DNA from: Pseudomonadota bacterium
GTDB taxonomy: Bacteria; Bdellovibrionota_B; Oligoflexia; Oligoflexales; CAIYRB01
DNA length: 47,412 nucleotides
NCBI GenBank assembly: GCA_031416315.1
Contig: JANOTL010000016.1
Span: 1 to 47,412, forward strand
Reading direction: 5' to 3'
A program made the translations under genes and the position numbers. Every line of letters starts with the position of its first letter. Position 1 is the stretch's first letter. The notes below the pieces were generated by a model. It was given only the letters and a program-made list of their open reading frames with translations. It ran no database searches and was not told the origin of the DNA. Positions 18,092 to 27,380 of the stretch are shown piece by piece.

Positions 18092-19603
18092 ATGGGTATC
18101 TTCAAGCGCAAGGGCGAGCAGAACACGCCCGAAAACACGCCCTTCCTGCACACCAACCACCGCCGCCCGATGACGCGTCGCGAGCTGATCGGCCAGGGCT
18201 TTCTCGCCAGCACCGGCGCGGTCTTGATGCCGAGCCTCCTCTCTAGCCTCTGGTCGCAGCAAGCCTTGGCGCGCGATCTGGTCTGCGCGGCGGCCGGCGG
18301 CGGCGGCAGCAAGTTCGTCCCATTCATCGTCTTCGACCTGGCCGGCGGCGGCAACATCCCCGGCTCCAACGTCATGGTCGGCAAGCGCGGCGGCCAGGAA
18401 GATTTCCTGACCAGCTACAGCTCGCTGGGCCTCCCCGAGACGATGAATCCCGGCAAGGTCGCGGGCCAGACCAACAGCGAGTACGGCCTCCTCTTCCACA
18501 CCGACAGCGCCATCCTCCGCGGCATGAACACGGCGACGGTCGCCGGCACCCGCGCCCAGGTGGACGGCATGGTGTTCGCCACCTCGTCCAACGACGACAC
18601 CGGCAACAACCCGCACAACCCGGCCTACTGGATCGTCAAAGCCGGCGCAGGCGGCGAGCTCGTTCAACTCGCGGGCACGCGCTCCACGCCTTCGGGCGGC
18701 AACGCGCTCTCGCCGGCCGACTCGATCAATCCTGGCGCGCGTCCGGTCGTCATCAATAAGCCCTCCGACGTCCTCGGCTTGGTCAACCCGGGCAAGCTCG
18801 CACAGCTCCTCTCCGGCGCCGACGTCGAGAAGATCCTGAAGGCGGCCTCCGGCATGAGCGGCTCGAAGCTCGCCAAGTTCAACGAGAAGGACCTGCGCCA
18901 GCAACTGAAAGACTTGGTCGAGTGCGGCTACCTCAACGGCGGCGACCTCGTCGCGAAGTCGGCGAACGCCGGCCTCCTCGACCCATCGCAGGACGCCGAC
19001 ATCACCAGCGTGTTTACAGCGCTCGCGACGAACGCCGACGAGCAGCGCACGGCCTCGATCGCGAAGCTGGTCCTCGAAGGCAAGGCCGGCGCCGGCACGA
19101 TCACGATGGCGGGTTTCGACTACCATGACGGCTCCCGCGCCACCGGCGAGGTGCTCGACCAGAGGCTCGGCCGCCTCATCGGCCAGGTCCTCGAGGTCGC
19201 GGCGAAGAAGCAGACCGACGTCATGATCTACGTCTTCACGGACGGCGGCGTGACCAGCAACGGCCAAGCCGACAACAGCGCCAACGGCCGCGGCAAAGGC
19301 GGCTGGCAAGCGGACTCCGGCCAACGCTCCGCCGCCTTCTCGCTCGTTTACAATAAGGACGCCGGCAAGCGCCCGCCGCTGATGAAAGAGGGTCGCCGTC
19401 AGATCGGCGCGTTCAAGGACACCGGCGGCGTCGACGAGGACGTGAACAAGGCCTCGGGCTCGGTCGACGTGCTGTCGCGCGCCGTCGTCGCCAACTACCT
19501 CGCCCTGCACGGCATGGAGACGAAGCTGGCGGAAGTGACCGGCAGCGACCCTTTCGGCAAAGATCTCTCGACCGAGTACCTCGCCCTGACCAAGCTGCGC
19601 TAA
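18092..19603 (+). CDS. Tat-exported DUF1501/DUF1552-like protein
   Basis: GAGGAG RBS, MTRRELIG twin-arginine motif, FDLAGGGN, GFDYHDG, YVFTDGG, which resemble alkaline-phosphatase-superfamily-like DUF1501 motifs. Confidence 0.7.
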   Translation: MGIFKRKGEQNTPENTPFLHTNHRRPMTRRELIGQGFLASTGAVLMPSLLSSLWSQQALARDLVCAAAGGGGSKFVPFIVFDLAGGGNIPGSNVMVGKRGGQEDFLTSYSSLGLPETMNPGKVAGQTNSEYGLLFHTDSAILRGMNTATVAGTRAQVDGMVFATSSNDDTGNNPHNPAYWIVKAGAGGELVQLAGTRSTPSGGNALSPADSINPGARPVVINKPSDVLGLVNPGKLAQLLSGADVEKILKAASGMSGSKLAKFNEKDLRQQLKDLVECGYLNGGDLVAKSANAGLLDPSQDADITSVFTALATNADEQRTASIAKLVLEGKAGAGTITMAGFDYHDGSRATGEVLDQRLGRLIGQVLEVAAKKQTDVMIYVFTDGGVTSNGQADNSANGRGKGGWQADSGQRSAAFSLVYNKDAGKRPPLMKEGRRQIGAFKDTGGVDEDVNKASGSVDVLSRAVVANYLALHGMETKLAEVTGSDPFGKDLSTEYLALTKLR

Positions 19604-19619
19604 TCTACTAGAGGCTTTC

Positions 19620-21074
19620 GTGATGATGCGCGAACTTTTCCTGATTTTCTCCGTCACCGGTGCGCTCGCCGCGACTGCTTGCGGCGGCGTCGACCCGAAA
19701 GACGGCGGCGGCGCCTTCAAGAAGCCGTTCGCCGCCGACGCGGTGGCGAAGCCGAACGGCTTCGACGAGGATGATCCTGCAGCGACCGGCGGCGTGCCGG
19801 GCGGTGATGGCGCAGCCGACGCGAACGGCGGCGCGGCCGGGCCGAATGGCGGCGGCGCAGACGGCGGCGGCGGGACCGGGGCGGCCCCGGTCACGCCTTC
19901 GGAGCCGGTGCCTCCGACCCTCGTCGAGGCGTTCCGGACGACGGTCTTCCCCGTCCTCCGCGCGAACTGCAAGGGTTGCCACGAGCGGGTCCAGACGCCT
20001 TTCTTCGCGTCCCTGACGCCGGAAGCTGCGCTCCAGGCGATCCAGGACACCGGCAAGGTCAACTTCGAAGAGATCGAGAACTCGCGCATCGTGAAGCGCC
20101 TCGTCGGCGACAACCACAACTGTTGGTCGGAGTGCCCGACCGACGCCGAGACCATGCGCCTCGCCATCCAAACGTGGAAGGACCTGGTCAAGAAGGAAGA
20201 CGAAAAGCCGAAGATCGAGACGAGCGTGCTCCTCATGGAGCAATCGGTGGAGCGCGACAAAGCGACTGACCCCGCGACCATGGCGGCTGAAGCCGAGCTC
20301 GGCACGCTCACCGCGCCGATGGTGATGTCGACCAACACCAACGCGTCGGCCTCCGGAGTGATCTCGGTGCCGGCCGTCGGCGGCGCGGCGGCGATCAACA
20401 ACCCGAACACCGCGAACATCGGCAGCGTCGTCTACACCTTCGACGTGAAGACGGCGGGAACGTACTCGGTCTTCGGCCTGGTGAACGCGCCGACGGCAGC
20501 CGCGAACCGCTTTTTCGTCCGCATCGACGCCGGGGCCTTCACGACCTGGACGATCACGATGAACGCCGACAAGTTCGTCTGGACGCGCGTCCAGAGCGGC
20601 GCGGCGGCGCCGGTTCCCTTGACGGCGGTGCTCACGGCCGGCACCCATACGGTGGAGGTGCGGCGCTCGCGCCCCGGCACGAATTTGGACATGATCGCGC
20701 TCACCTCGAACGCGAACTTCGACGGCTCGCAGGCGGTGCTCGGGAAGATCAAGGTTCTGCGCTACGACCTTTCGACGCTCCTCAACTCGCCGGGCGTCTT
20801 CTTCGAGATCGAGATGGAGGACTTCAGCGAAGGCGCCTACAAATTCCGGAATCCGCGGATCGTCTCGCCCACCGTAAAGGTGCGCGCCAAGGGCATCCGA
20901 GTGCAGGTGAATGGCACGTACGACCCGCAGCACAACACGTACAATTTCGTGGACAAGACGGTCGCGGCGCCAGGTGATCTGCTGTCGCCTGCCGCGATGG
21001 TGGTGATCAAGGACCAGGGCGCCGAGACGGACCAGATCACCTTCACGTTCGACGCGCTCGAGGTGGTGCCGTGA
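19620..21074 (+). CDS. Lipoprotein: cytochrome c domain plus carbohydrate-binding-like beta-sandwich
   Basis: Lipobox ATAC, Gly-rich linker, CKGCH, HNCWSEC, then AAEAE...AGTYSVFG...LTAGTHTVEV...LDMIAL (CBM6/35-like). Confidence 0.75.
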   Translation: MMMRELFLIFSVTGALAATACGGVDPKDGGGAFKKPFAADAVAKPNGFDEDDPAATGGVPGGDGAADANGGAAGPNGGGADGGGGTGAAPVTPSEPVPPTLVEAFRTTVFPVLRANCKGCHERVQTPFFASLTPEAALQAIQDTGKVNFEEIENSRIVKRLVGDNHNCWSECPTDAETMRLAIQTWKDLVKKEDEKPKIETSVLLMEQSVERDKATDPATMAAEAELGTLTAPMVMSTNTNASASGVISVPAVGGAAAINNPNTANIGSVVYTFDVKTAGTYSVFGLVNAPTAAANRFFVRIDAGAFTTWTITMNADKFVWTRVQSGAAAPVPLTAVLTAGTHTVEVRRSRPGTNLDMIALTSNANFDGSQAVLGKIKVLRYDLSTLLNSPGVFFEIEMEDFSEGAYKFRNPRIVSPTVKVRAKGIRVQVNGTYDPQHNTYNFVDKTVAAPGDLLSPAAMVVIKDQGAETDQITFTFDALEVVP

Positions 21075-22234
21075 GATTCTTAGCGCTCGTCCTCGCCGGA
21101 GCTTTCGCGGCCGCTTGCGGCGCGGAAGAGCCGAAGACGGCGCACACCAGCCGCAAGTCGAGCGACGCCTCTGGCGCGGCTCCCGCAGCGCCAGCGCCGG
21201 GTCCGACGCCGGTTCTGGCCGGGAAGAACCCGGGAACGGGCGCCGTCGCGCCGACTCCGGCACCGGGCGAAGCCCCGGCGCCTGCGCCTGCCCCCGCGCC
21301 GGCGACGCCGGCACCCGCGCCGACGCCGACCGGTCCCGCGGCGGAGACCGGCAAAGATTTCTTCACGCGCGTGATCTCGCCCTTGTTCGACGCGCAGTGC
21401 ACGACTTGCCACGCGGATCCGCGGGAGATGCCCGACATTCGCGGGCCGCTGACGATCTTCTCCTACGGCACGATGAAGAAATATCTCGTAGACGGCACCT
21501 CCGCGGCCGACAACGGCATGATCCGCAAGATGCGCGCGCTCGTGGCGCATGCGGGAAGCGACCGCTGCCGCGAGAAGGGGCCGGCGGCGACGCCTTGCAA
21601 GGAAGTCATGGAGTGGTGGCGGCTCGAGCTCGGCGCGGATTCGGGCCTGGTCGGGAAGCTAGTACAGGTAACGGCGCTAGGCGACGTCTCGGGGTACGCG
21701 GTCGCGAGCGACGACGTGGCCGAGGTCTTGAGCGTCGAGCTGCACGTGGATGTTGGCGTCGACGGGCCCGCGGCGATGACGCCGGTGTTGACGCTCACGG
21801 CGGATCAGGCCGGGGAGGACGCGGGATATGAGGGGCAGCATGCGTTTCGCGGGTCTTTGCCGGCGGAGTTACGGGACGGTAAAGAGCGCGATCTCACGGC
21901 GTGGGTGGAGAAGGACGGGAAGCTCTTGCAGCTGGGGGCTAAAGTGCGTTTTGCGGCGTACGCGCCGAAGGATGCCGGGAAGACTTACTATCAGAATACG
22001 GTGATGCCCGCATTGCAGGGTCGCTGTGGGTCGTGCCACTTGGTGTCGTACGAGCAGCATTACGGCTCGTTGATCAACAAGGCGCCGTTTCAGGGCGGAA
22101 CCGCGATGGACAACGAGTTGATCAATCGGGCGGCGGGCGGGGATGCGCACCCGGGTGGGAACATTTGTGGCGGTAAAGCGGGAACGCCCTGTAATTTGCT
22201 GCAGCAGTGGTGGGGACTGGAGTTTGGGCCGTAA
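21071..22234 (+). CDS. Diheme c-type lipoprotein with a duplicated heme domain
   Basis: Lipobox AAAC, Pro-Ala linker, CTTCH and CGSCH in two similar domains; GTGA overlap with the previous gene. Confidence 0.8.
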   Translation: MRFLALVLAGAFAAACGAEEPKTAHTSRKSSDASGAAPAAPAPGPTPVLAGKNPGTGAVAPTPAPGEAPAPAPAPAPATPAPAPTPTGPAAETGKDFFTRVISPLFDAQCTTCHADPREMPDIRGPLTIFSYGTMKKYLVDGTSAADNGMIRKMRALVAHAGSDRCREKGPAATPCKEVMEWWRLELGADSGLVGKLVQVTALGDVSGYAVASDDVAEVLSVELHVDVGVDGPAAMTPVLTLTADQAGEDAGYEGQHAFRGSLPAELRDGKERDLTAWVEKDGKLLQLGAKVRFAAYAPKDAGKTYYQNTVMPALQGRCGSCHLVSYEQHYGSLINKAPFQGGTAMDNELINRAAGGDAHPGGNICGGKAGTPCNLLQQWWGLEFGP

Positions 22235-22276
22235 GGGCTGAGCTGGATGAGCATGCACTCCACCTAAGCCGCAAGC

Positions 22277-22960
22277 TCAGCTGCCGGAGCAGCCAGCCTT
22301 GAGGCGATAGACCGGCGATTCCGCGGACGGAAAACGGATTCTCCCGATGCCGACCCAAGCCTCGCTGCCGGGATCTCCCAGGAAGAGCCCGTCGAGCGGG
22401 AAGAAGCCGCGCTGATCGCGGATCCACAGGCGCTCGATGCGGCCGTTGGCGCGCTGGACGTCGAGGAAGAAGGCCAGGCCCTTGGCCTCCTTGAACCAGA
22501 GCTGCGGCTCGCGGCGCTCCTCGAAGTGATATCGCAGCTGCCACGATCCCGGCGCGACGCGCGAGGCATAGATCCGCTCGACGAACTCGAGCACGTCGAG
22601 AGCGCCCTTCGTCGTGAGTCCGACGCGCTCGGTCTCCGCCGTGAACGACCGCGCGTTGACGACCGCGCCGACCGCGAGCAAGGTCTCGCCGCGTAAGTCG
22701 ACGAGCTCATGCTCGTTGACGCGGAAGTAAAGATCGATGAAGCGACCTTGGCGAGCGCCGCTGGTGAGCTCGCCGATTCCCAGGGAATCGACGTAGTACT
22801 CGCAGTGCTCGGCTTCAAGCTCGGCGTCGATCTCGTACGTGGAGCTCGCGGCGAAGGCGGCGGTGGCGACGAAGAAAAGAGGAGCGGCGAACGCGAGCAA
22901 GGTGGGCGGGCCTCCGAAGAGGGCGCAGGGAAAAGCGCTCTCGTGATCATTAAGCCACAT
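22277..22960 (-). CDS. Hypothetical exported protein (start uncertain)
   Basis: Hydrophobic segment ending AFAA followed by a globular-looking domain; fills the gap between the heme cluster and tldD. Confidence 0.55.
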   Translation of the reverse strand: MWLNDHESAFPCALFGGPPTLLAFAAPLFFVATAAFAASSTYEIDAELEAEHCEYYVDSLGIGELTSGARQGRFIDLYFRVNEHELVDLRGETLLAVGAVVNARSFTAETERVGLTTKGALDVLEFVERIYASRVAPGSWQLRYHFEERREPQLWFKEAKGLAFFLDVQRANGRIERLWIRDQRGFFPLDGLFLGDPGSEAWVGIGRIRFPSAESPVYRLKAGCSGS

Positions 22961-23065
22961 TCGCGCAAGTTTTCAACTCGACCGAATTCATGAGCTTTTC
23001 CAGAGGCTTGCGAAACCATCCGAGACGCGCTAGGCTCAGCTTTCGTTAAGATTCAGGGAGGCACG

Positions 23066-24649
23066 ATGCTGCAGTTCGAAGACGCGCCGGGCTATGCTGC
23101 CTTTCGTTTCCGCGACCTGCCGGCCGAGGCGGGCGCAAGGCTCGAGCGCGGCGCGGCGAGCCCAGAGCTCGAGCGCCCGGTGGGCGGCAGCGCGGCGCAT
23201 GAGGCGATGCTGGTCGAGGCGGCGCTCGCCGAGCTGAAAAGGCAAGGCGTGAGCTTCGGCGACTTGCGCCTCGGCCGCGATCATTCGCGCCAGGTCCTGA
23301 TGCAGGACGAGAACCTCGCGACGCACAACGTCTTCGTCTCCGCCGGCATCGGCATCCGCGCCCTAGTGCACGGCTTCTGGGGGTTTTCGGCGAGCTCGGA
23401 GCTGACGCCCGAGGGCGTCCGCCGCGCCGCGGCGGAGGCCGCGGCCATGGCGCGCGCCGTCGCCGCGGTGACGCCACGCGAGCTCGGGATCGAAGCTCAC
23501 GGCTTGGCGGCGGAGCCGGCGCACGTCGCGCGCTTCGACACGCCCGTCGGCATCTGTCCGTTTGAAGCGCCGGTGAACGCGATCGCGGAGCCGTTCCGCG
23601 CGGCCGCGGCCTTGGGGCTCGCGGTTCCCGGCATCAAGAAGGTCCAGGCATTCGCGATGATCTTCGGCCGCCGCCGCGTCTTCGCCAGCACGGAAGGCGC
23701 GCACATCACGACCACGCACTGCGTGATGGACACACTGCAGCGGTACGTCGCGGTCGCCAAAGGCACGAGTGCCTATCGCACCATCCTCGGTACGGCGATG
23801 GCCGGCGGGCTCGAGCACCTCGCGGAAGCCGATTTTCCAGGACAGGCGGCGGACGCCTGCCGCGACGCGCTGGCCAAATGCGCCGCGCCGAAGCCAGAGC
23901 CGGGTCGTTACGATCTGATCCTCGACGGCCACAACCTGGCTCTGACCATGCACGAGACGGTCGGTCACCCGACCGAGCTCGACCGTGTCGCGGGCTACGA
24001 GCTCGGCTTCGCCGGCGGCAGCTTCGCGAGCTTGGACAAGCTCGGCACGTTCCGCTACGGCAGTCCGCTCGTCAACTTCACGGCCAACAACCGCCTGCGC
24101 TATGGCGCCGCCTCGCAGGGCTATGACGACGAAGGGGTCGAGTGTCAGGCCTTTCCCGTGATCCGCGAGGGAATCTTGGTCGGCTACGGCTCGAACCGCG
24201 AGACCGCGCGCCTCATCGGCCAACAGCGCGCCAACGGCACGTGTCGGGCGACGGGCTGGGCGGATCCGCCGATCGTCCGCATTCCCAACCTCTTTCTCGA
24301 GCCGGGGCCGGAGCGCCTCTCGCTCGACGATCTGGTGCGTGACACGGAGAGCGGCATTTTGATGCTCGGCCGCGACAGCTTTTCGATCGACCAGATGCGC
24401 TACAACTTCCAGTTCGGCGCCGACATGAGCTACCGGATCCGCGACGGCAAGGTGGCCGAGCCCTTGCGCGACGTCATCTACCAGTCGATCTCGCCGGAGT
24501 TCTGGGGCGCCTGCGACGCGATCTGCGACGCCAGCGAATGGCGCATGCACGGCGTCTTCAACTGCGGCAAGGGCCAGCCGACGCAGCTGTCGAAAATGAT
24601 GCACGGGGCGGCGCCGGCGCGGTTCCGCCAGATTCGCGTCGGATATTGA
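23066..24649 (+). CDS. tldD: TldD/PmbA family metalloprotease, catalytic TldD subunit
   Basis: GGAGG RBS, HETVGH zinc motif, YDDEG, C-terminal CGKGQP cysteine ligand. Confidence 0.88.
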   Translation: MLQFEDAPGYAAFRFRDLPAEAGARLERGAASPELERPVGGSAAHEAMLVEAALAELKRQGVSFGDLRLGRDHSRQVLMQDENLATHNVFVSAGIGIRALVHGFWGFSASSELTPEGVRRAAAEAAAMARAVAAVTPRELGIEAHGLAAEPAHVARFDTPVGICPFEAPVNAIAEPFRAAAALGLAVPGIKKVQAFAMIFGRRRVFASTEGAHITTTHCVMDTLQRYVAVAKGTSAYRTILGTAMAGGLEHLAEADFPGQAADACRDALAKCAAPKPEPGRYDLILDGHNLALTMHETVGHPTELDRVAGYELGFAGGSFASLDKLGTFRYGSPLVNFTANNRLRYGAASQGYDDEGVECQAFPVIREGILVGYGSNRETARLIGQQRANGTCRATGWADPPIVRIPNLFLEPGPERLSLDDLVRDTESGILMLGRDSFSIDQMRYNFQFGADMSYRIRDGKVAEPLRDVIYQSISPEFWGACDAICDASEWRMHGVFNCGKGQPTQLSKMMHGAAPARFRQIRVGY

Positions 24650-24658
24650 GGAGAGGAC

Positions 24659-26059
24659 ATGAGTTTCGCAAGCAAACGTGACATCGCGCGCGAATCGGTG
24701 CGGCGCGCCGCGGACCTGGGATTCGACTACTTGCGCGTGAAAGCGCTCCGAACGCGCACCCTCGGCGTGCGGGTCGCGAACTCGGCGATCTGCCGCGAGA
24801 ACGTCGCGAGGGTCGAGGACGTTTTCCAGATCTCCGCAGCCTGGAACAACCGGGACGCGCAGCTCCTCTGCCAAGCCGACGACGTTTTCGGCGTGCTCGA
24901 GCGCCTGGCGGCCGTGCGGCGCGACATCGAGTTGCAGGCGCCCGACGCCGAGACCGTCCTGCCGGACGCGCCTTCGGGGAGCTTCGCCTGGAAGCCGGCG
25001 CGCGCGCCGTTCGAGGAGCTCTACTCGTGCGAGACACTTTACCCGGCGATCGCGAGAGAGGCGCTCGCGACGCGCGCCCGCGGGCTCAGGCTCACGGGCT
25101 ACGTCGAGGCGATGGAGACGCTCGCTCACGCCTTCACGACGACGGGGCACGACCACGAGACGCACGACCACGGCATCACCATCGGCGTCACGGTCGACGA
25201 TGCGAAGACCGGGGCCGCGGGGCAGGCGCAGCGCGCTAGCACGCATGCGACGCGCGCCGAGTTCGAGCGACTCCTCGCGGCGGCGACGGCGGAGGCGACC
25301 GAGACGGCCGAGAGCTCGCTCGGGCCGGCGGCGCTTCTGCCCGGGGACTACACGGTGGTCCTGCATCCTTCGGCCACCTTCGACATCGTGCAGACGATGC
25401 TGATGTACGGGCTCTTCGACAAGCGGAAGATCGACGAGGGCCGAACGTACCTCGCGGGGAAGATGCACGAGCTGCAGTTCCCGCCGGCGCTTCGACTAGC
25501 GCAGAGCGCGAGCCTGGCTTTGCCGGATGGCGGCGTTTACGCCGACTCGCCGCTCAATCACCGCGGCGTCCTTTGCGAGTCGCTCGACCTGGTGCGGGAC
25601 GGGCGCCTGCGGGATCTGCACACGTCGCCGTTCTGGGCGAAGACGCACGGCGGGCGCGAGACGTTCTCGCCGGCTTCGGCGCCGCCGCTCAGCCTGTCGA
25701 TGGGGAACGACGCGGGCGCGCCGCGCGACCTTTCGGAGTTGATCGGTCGGACGGAGCGGGGCGTCTACGTCGCAAATATGTGGTATTTGCGCATGGTCGC
25801 CGAGATGGACGGCACCATCACCGGCATGACGCGCGACGGCGTCTACGAGATCAAGGACGGGAAGCTCGCGCGGCCCTTGCTCAACATGCGGTGGCACGAG
25901 AATCCGGTGCGGGTGCTGCAGGCGATCGATCTGGCGACTCGAGAAGAGCTCCTGCTCGGGCGGTCGCGGCTATCGGGGAAGAGTCGGACGGCGGGGCTCG
26001 CGGCATTGCCGGCGGTGCGAGTCGGGGGGTTTCATTTTAGTAGCGTGACGAAGTTTTAG
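24659..26059 (+). CDS. TldD/PmbA family partner subunit (TldE-like)
   Basis: PGDYTVVLHP, WYLRMV...TGMTRDG...I.DG, F.FSS C-terminus; no HExxxH; directly after tldD. Confidence 0.8.
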   Translation: MSFASKRDIARESVRRAADLGFDYLRVKALRTRTLGVRVANSAICRENVARVEDVFQISAAWNNRDAQLLCQADDVFGVLERLAAVRRDIELQAPDAETVLPDAPSGSFAWKPARAPFEELYSCETLYPAIAREALATRARGLRLTGYVEAMETLAHAFTTTGHDHETHDHGITIGVTVDDAKTGAAGQAQRASTHATRAEFERLLAAATAEATETAESSLGPAALLPGDYTVVLHPSATFDIVQTMLMYGLFDKRKIDEGRTYLAGKMHELQFPPALRLAQSASLALPDGGVYADSPLNHRGVLCESLDLVRDGRLRDLHTSPFWAKTHGGRETFSPASAPPLSLSMGNDAGAPRDLSELIGRTERGVYVANMWYLRMVAEMDGTITGMTRDGVYEIKDGKLARPLLNMRWHENPVRVLQAIDLATREELLLGRSRLSGKSRTAGLAALPAVRVGGFHFSSVTKF

Positions 26060-26118
26060 CGGGCCGTGCGGACGGCGGGGGGGGTGACGCGATGGAGCGG
26101 AGGGCGCGGAGGGAGGCA

Positions 26119-26134
26119 TGGCACGAGGCTTGCT
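26119..26134 (+). promoter_or_regulatory. Sigma54 (-24/-12) promoter
   Basis: TGGCACGAGGCTTGCT is an exact match to TGGCACG-N4-TTGCW; intergenic, oriented toward the next gene. Confidence 0.75.
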
Positions 26135-26300
26135 TTACTAGGTTCGTCCGGTGGCTCTCGCTCCCGGGCAAGCCCCTGAATCTCCCCGTTTCGCCCGCAT
26201 TCTGCCCTTGATTCCCCTGTCCAAAGCTTAGTCGACCGTTAGCCTCCTCCTCCTCCCCGCTGAGTTCCCTGCTGAGTTCCCCGCTGCCGTGGATGTCGTC

Positions 26301-27380
26301 ATGATCTTTTCCCCTCGCCATCGTCTTTCCGTCTTCGTCCTCCTGCTAGGCTCGTTCCTCGGCTCCCAAGCCCTGGCCGCCGGGATTCCGGCGCGTCCGC
26401 GCGGGGCGCCGACGGGCACGCAGTTTGCGCAGCGCTTGGCCCAAATGTCGTGGAGCCAGCGCGAGGCCGCGATCTTGGCCGAGCTCGCGAGCGGCAACGT
26501 GCCGAGCTTTCTGCGCCACCCGGTGCCGGTGAAGCTCGCCGGCGGCAGCTCGCTGGTCATCGTCAACGTCATGCCGGATTATCTCGCGATCGGCAGCGAC
26601 CAGGATTTTCTCCGCGTGCCGATGACGCCGATGACGGCGCAGCGCATCGCCGACGCCTACGGCTACATGCTACCGACGCAGAAGATCGTCGACGAGACCT
26701 ACAAGCAAGCCAGCGTGAAGCTGACGCCGAAACCGCTCCCTTCCGGTCCGCAGCAGACCGGGGCCGAGTACTTCGTTAAGCACAACGGCATCATCGGTCG
26801 TCAGTACGCGATGCACGGCGGCGCGCTCGTCGCGGGCCACAAAAAAGACATCGTCCTCACCAACCGCCTGGTGAAGCGGCCGGGCCAGGTCGCGATCTAC
26901 GGCTGGCACCGTCCGAACGGCAAGGCCATCCAACCGTTGAGTCTGGTCCACGGTTCGACCTATGCCGACTACAGCCACGGCGTCCGCCTCGTCAGCTCGA
27001 TCGCGATCGTCGACGGCAAGCCGATGCCGCTCGCCGACGTGCTGAGCAGCCGCCGCCTCGCGGGCTGTGCCAGCTACGAGGGTCGCCTGTTCGCGATGCG
27101 GCAGCCGCGCACACCGGGCGGCGCGCCGGCGAAGGTGATGATGGCGTCGCATGATGTGAAGTCGAAGTCGAAGTCGAAGTCGGTGGCGAAGGGCAAGGCG
27201 AAGATCCTGCCGTCCGCGAAGCATGTGAAGAACGTGCGGCTGGCGAAGTATGATGATGGCGCGAAGTCGAAGGCGAAGGCGAAGGCGAAGGCGACGGAAG
27301 CGAAGACGAAGACGAAGCCGAAGGTCGCCGCGAAGGCGGCTGCGGCGAATCGCGGATCGAGGAAGATCAAGAGGATTTGA
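26301..27380 (+). CDS. Conserved exported hypothetical protein with Lys/Ala-rich tail
   Basis: Signal peptide ending ALA; motifs PDYLAIGSD, GHKKD, AIYGWH, YADYSHG; KS/KA repeat tail. Start ATG 26301 or GTG 26289. Confidence 0.8.
   Translation: MIFSPRHRLSVFVLLLGSFLGSQALAAGIPARPRGAPTGTQFAQRLAQMSWSQREAAILAELASGNVPSFLRHPVPVKLAGGSSLVIVNVMPDYLAIGSDQDFLRVPMTPMTAQRIADAYGYMLPTQKIVDETYKQASVKLTPKPLPSGPQQTGAEYFVKHNGIIGRQYAMHGGALVAGHKKDIVLTNRLVKRPGQVAIYGWHRPNGKAIQPLSLVHGSTYADYSHGVRLVSSIAIVDGKPMPLADVLSSRRLAGCASYEGRLFAMRQPRTPGGAPAKVMMASHDVKSKSKSKSVAKGKAKILPSAKHVKNVRLAKYDDGAKSKAKAKAKATEAKTKTKPKVAAKAAAANRGSRKIKRI

Noticed and set aside
18092..19603. Type II secretion GspF label, which I recall being applied to similar proteins
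   Set aside because: No GspF transmembrane architecture; it has a Tat motif and a soluble enzyme-like sequence, and no gsp genes are nearby.
18023..20419. 798-aa minus-strand ORF, and similar long antisense ORFs (23363-25468, 27815-29623, 19608-21314, 96-1202)
   Set aside because: Shadow frames opposite well-supported genes; high GC suppresses stop codons; no recognisable motifs.
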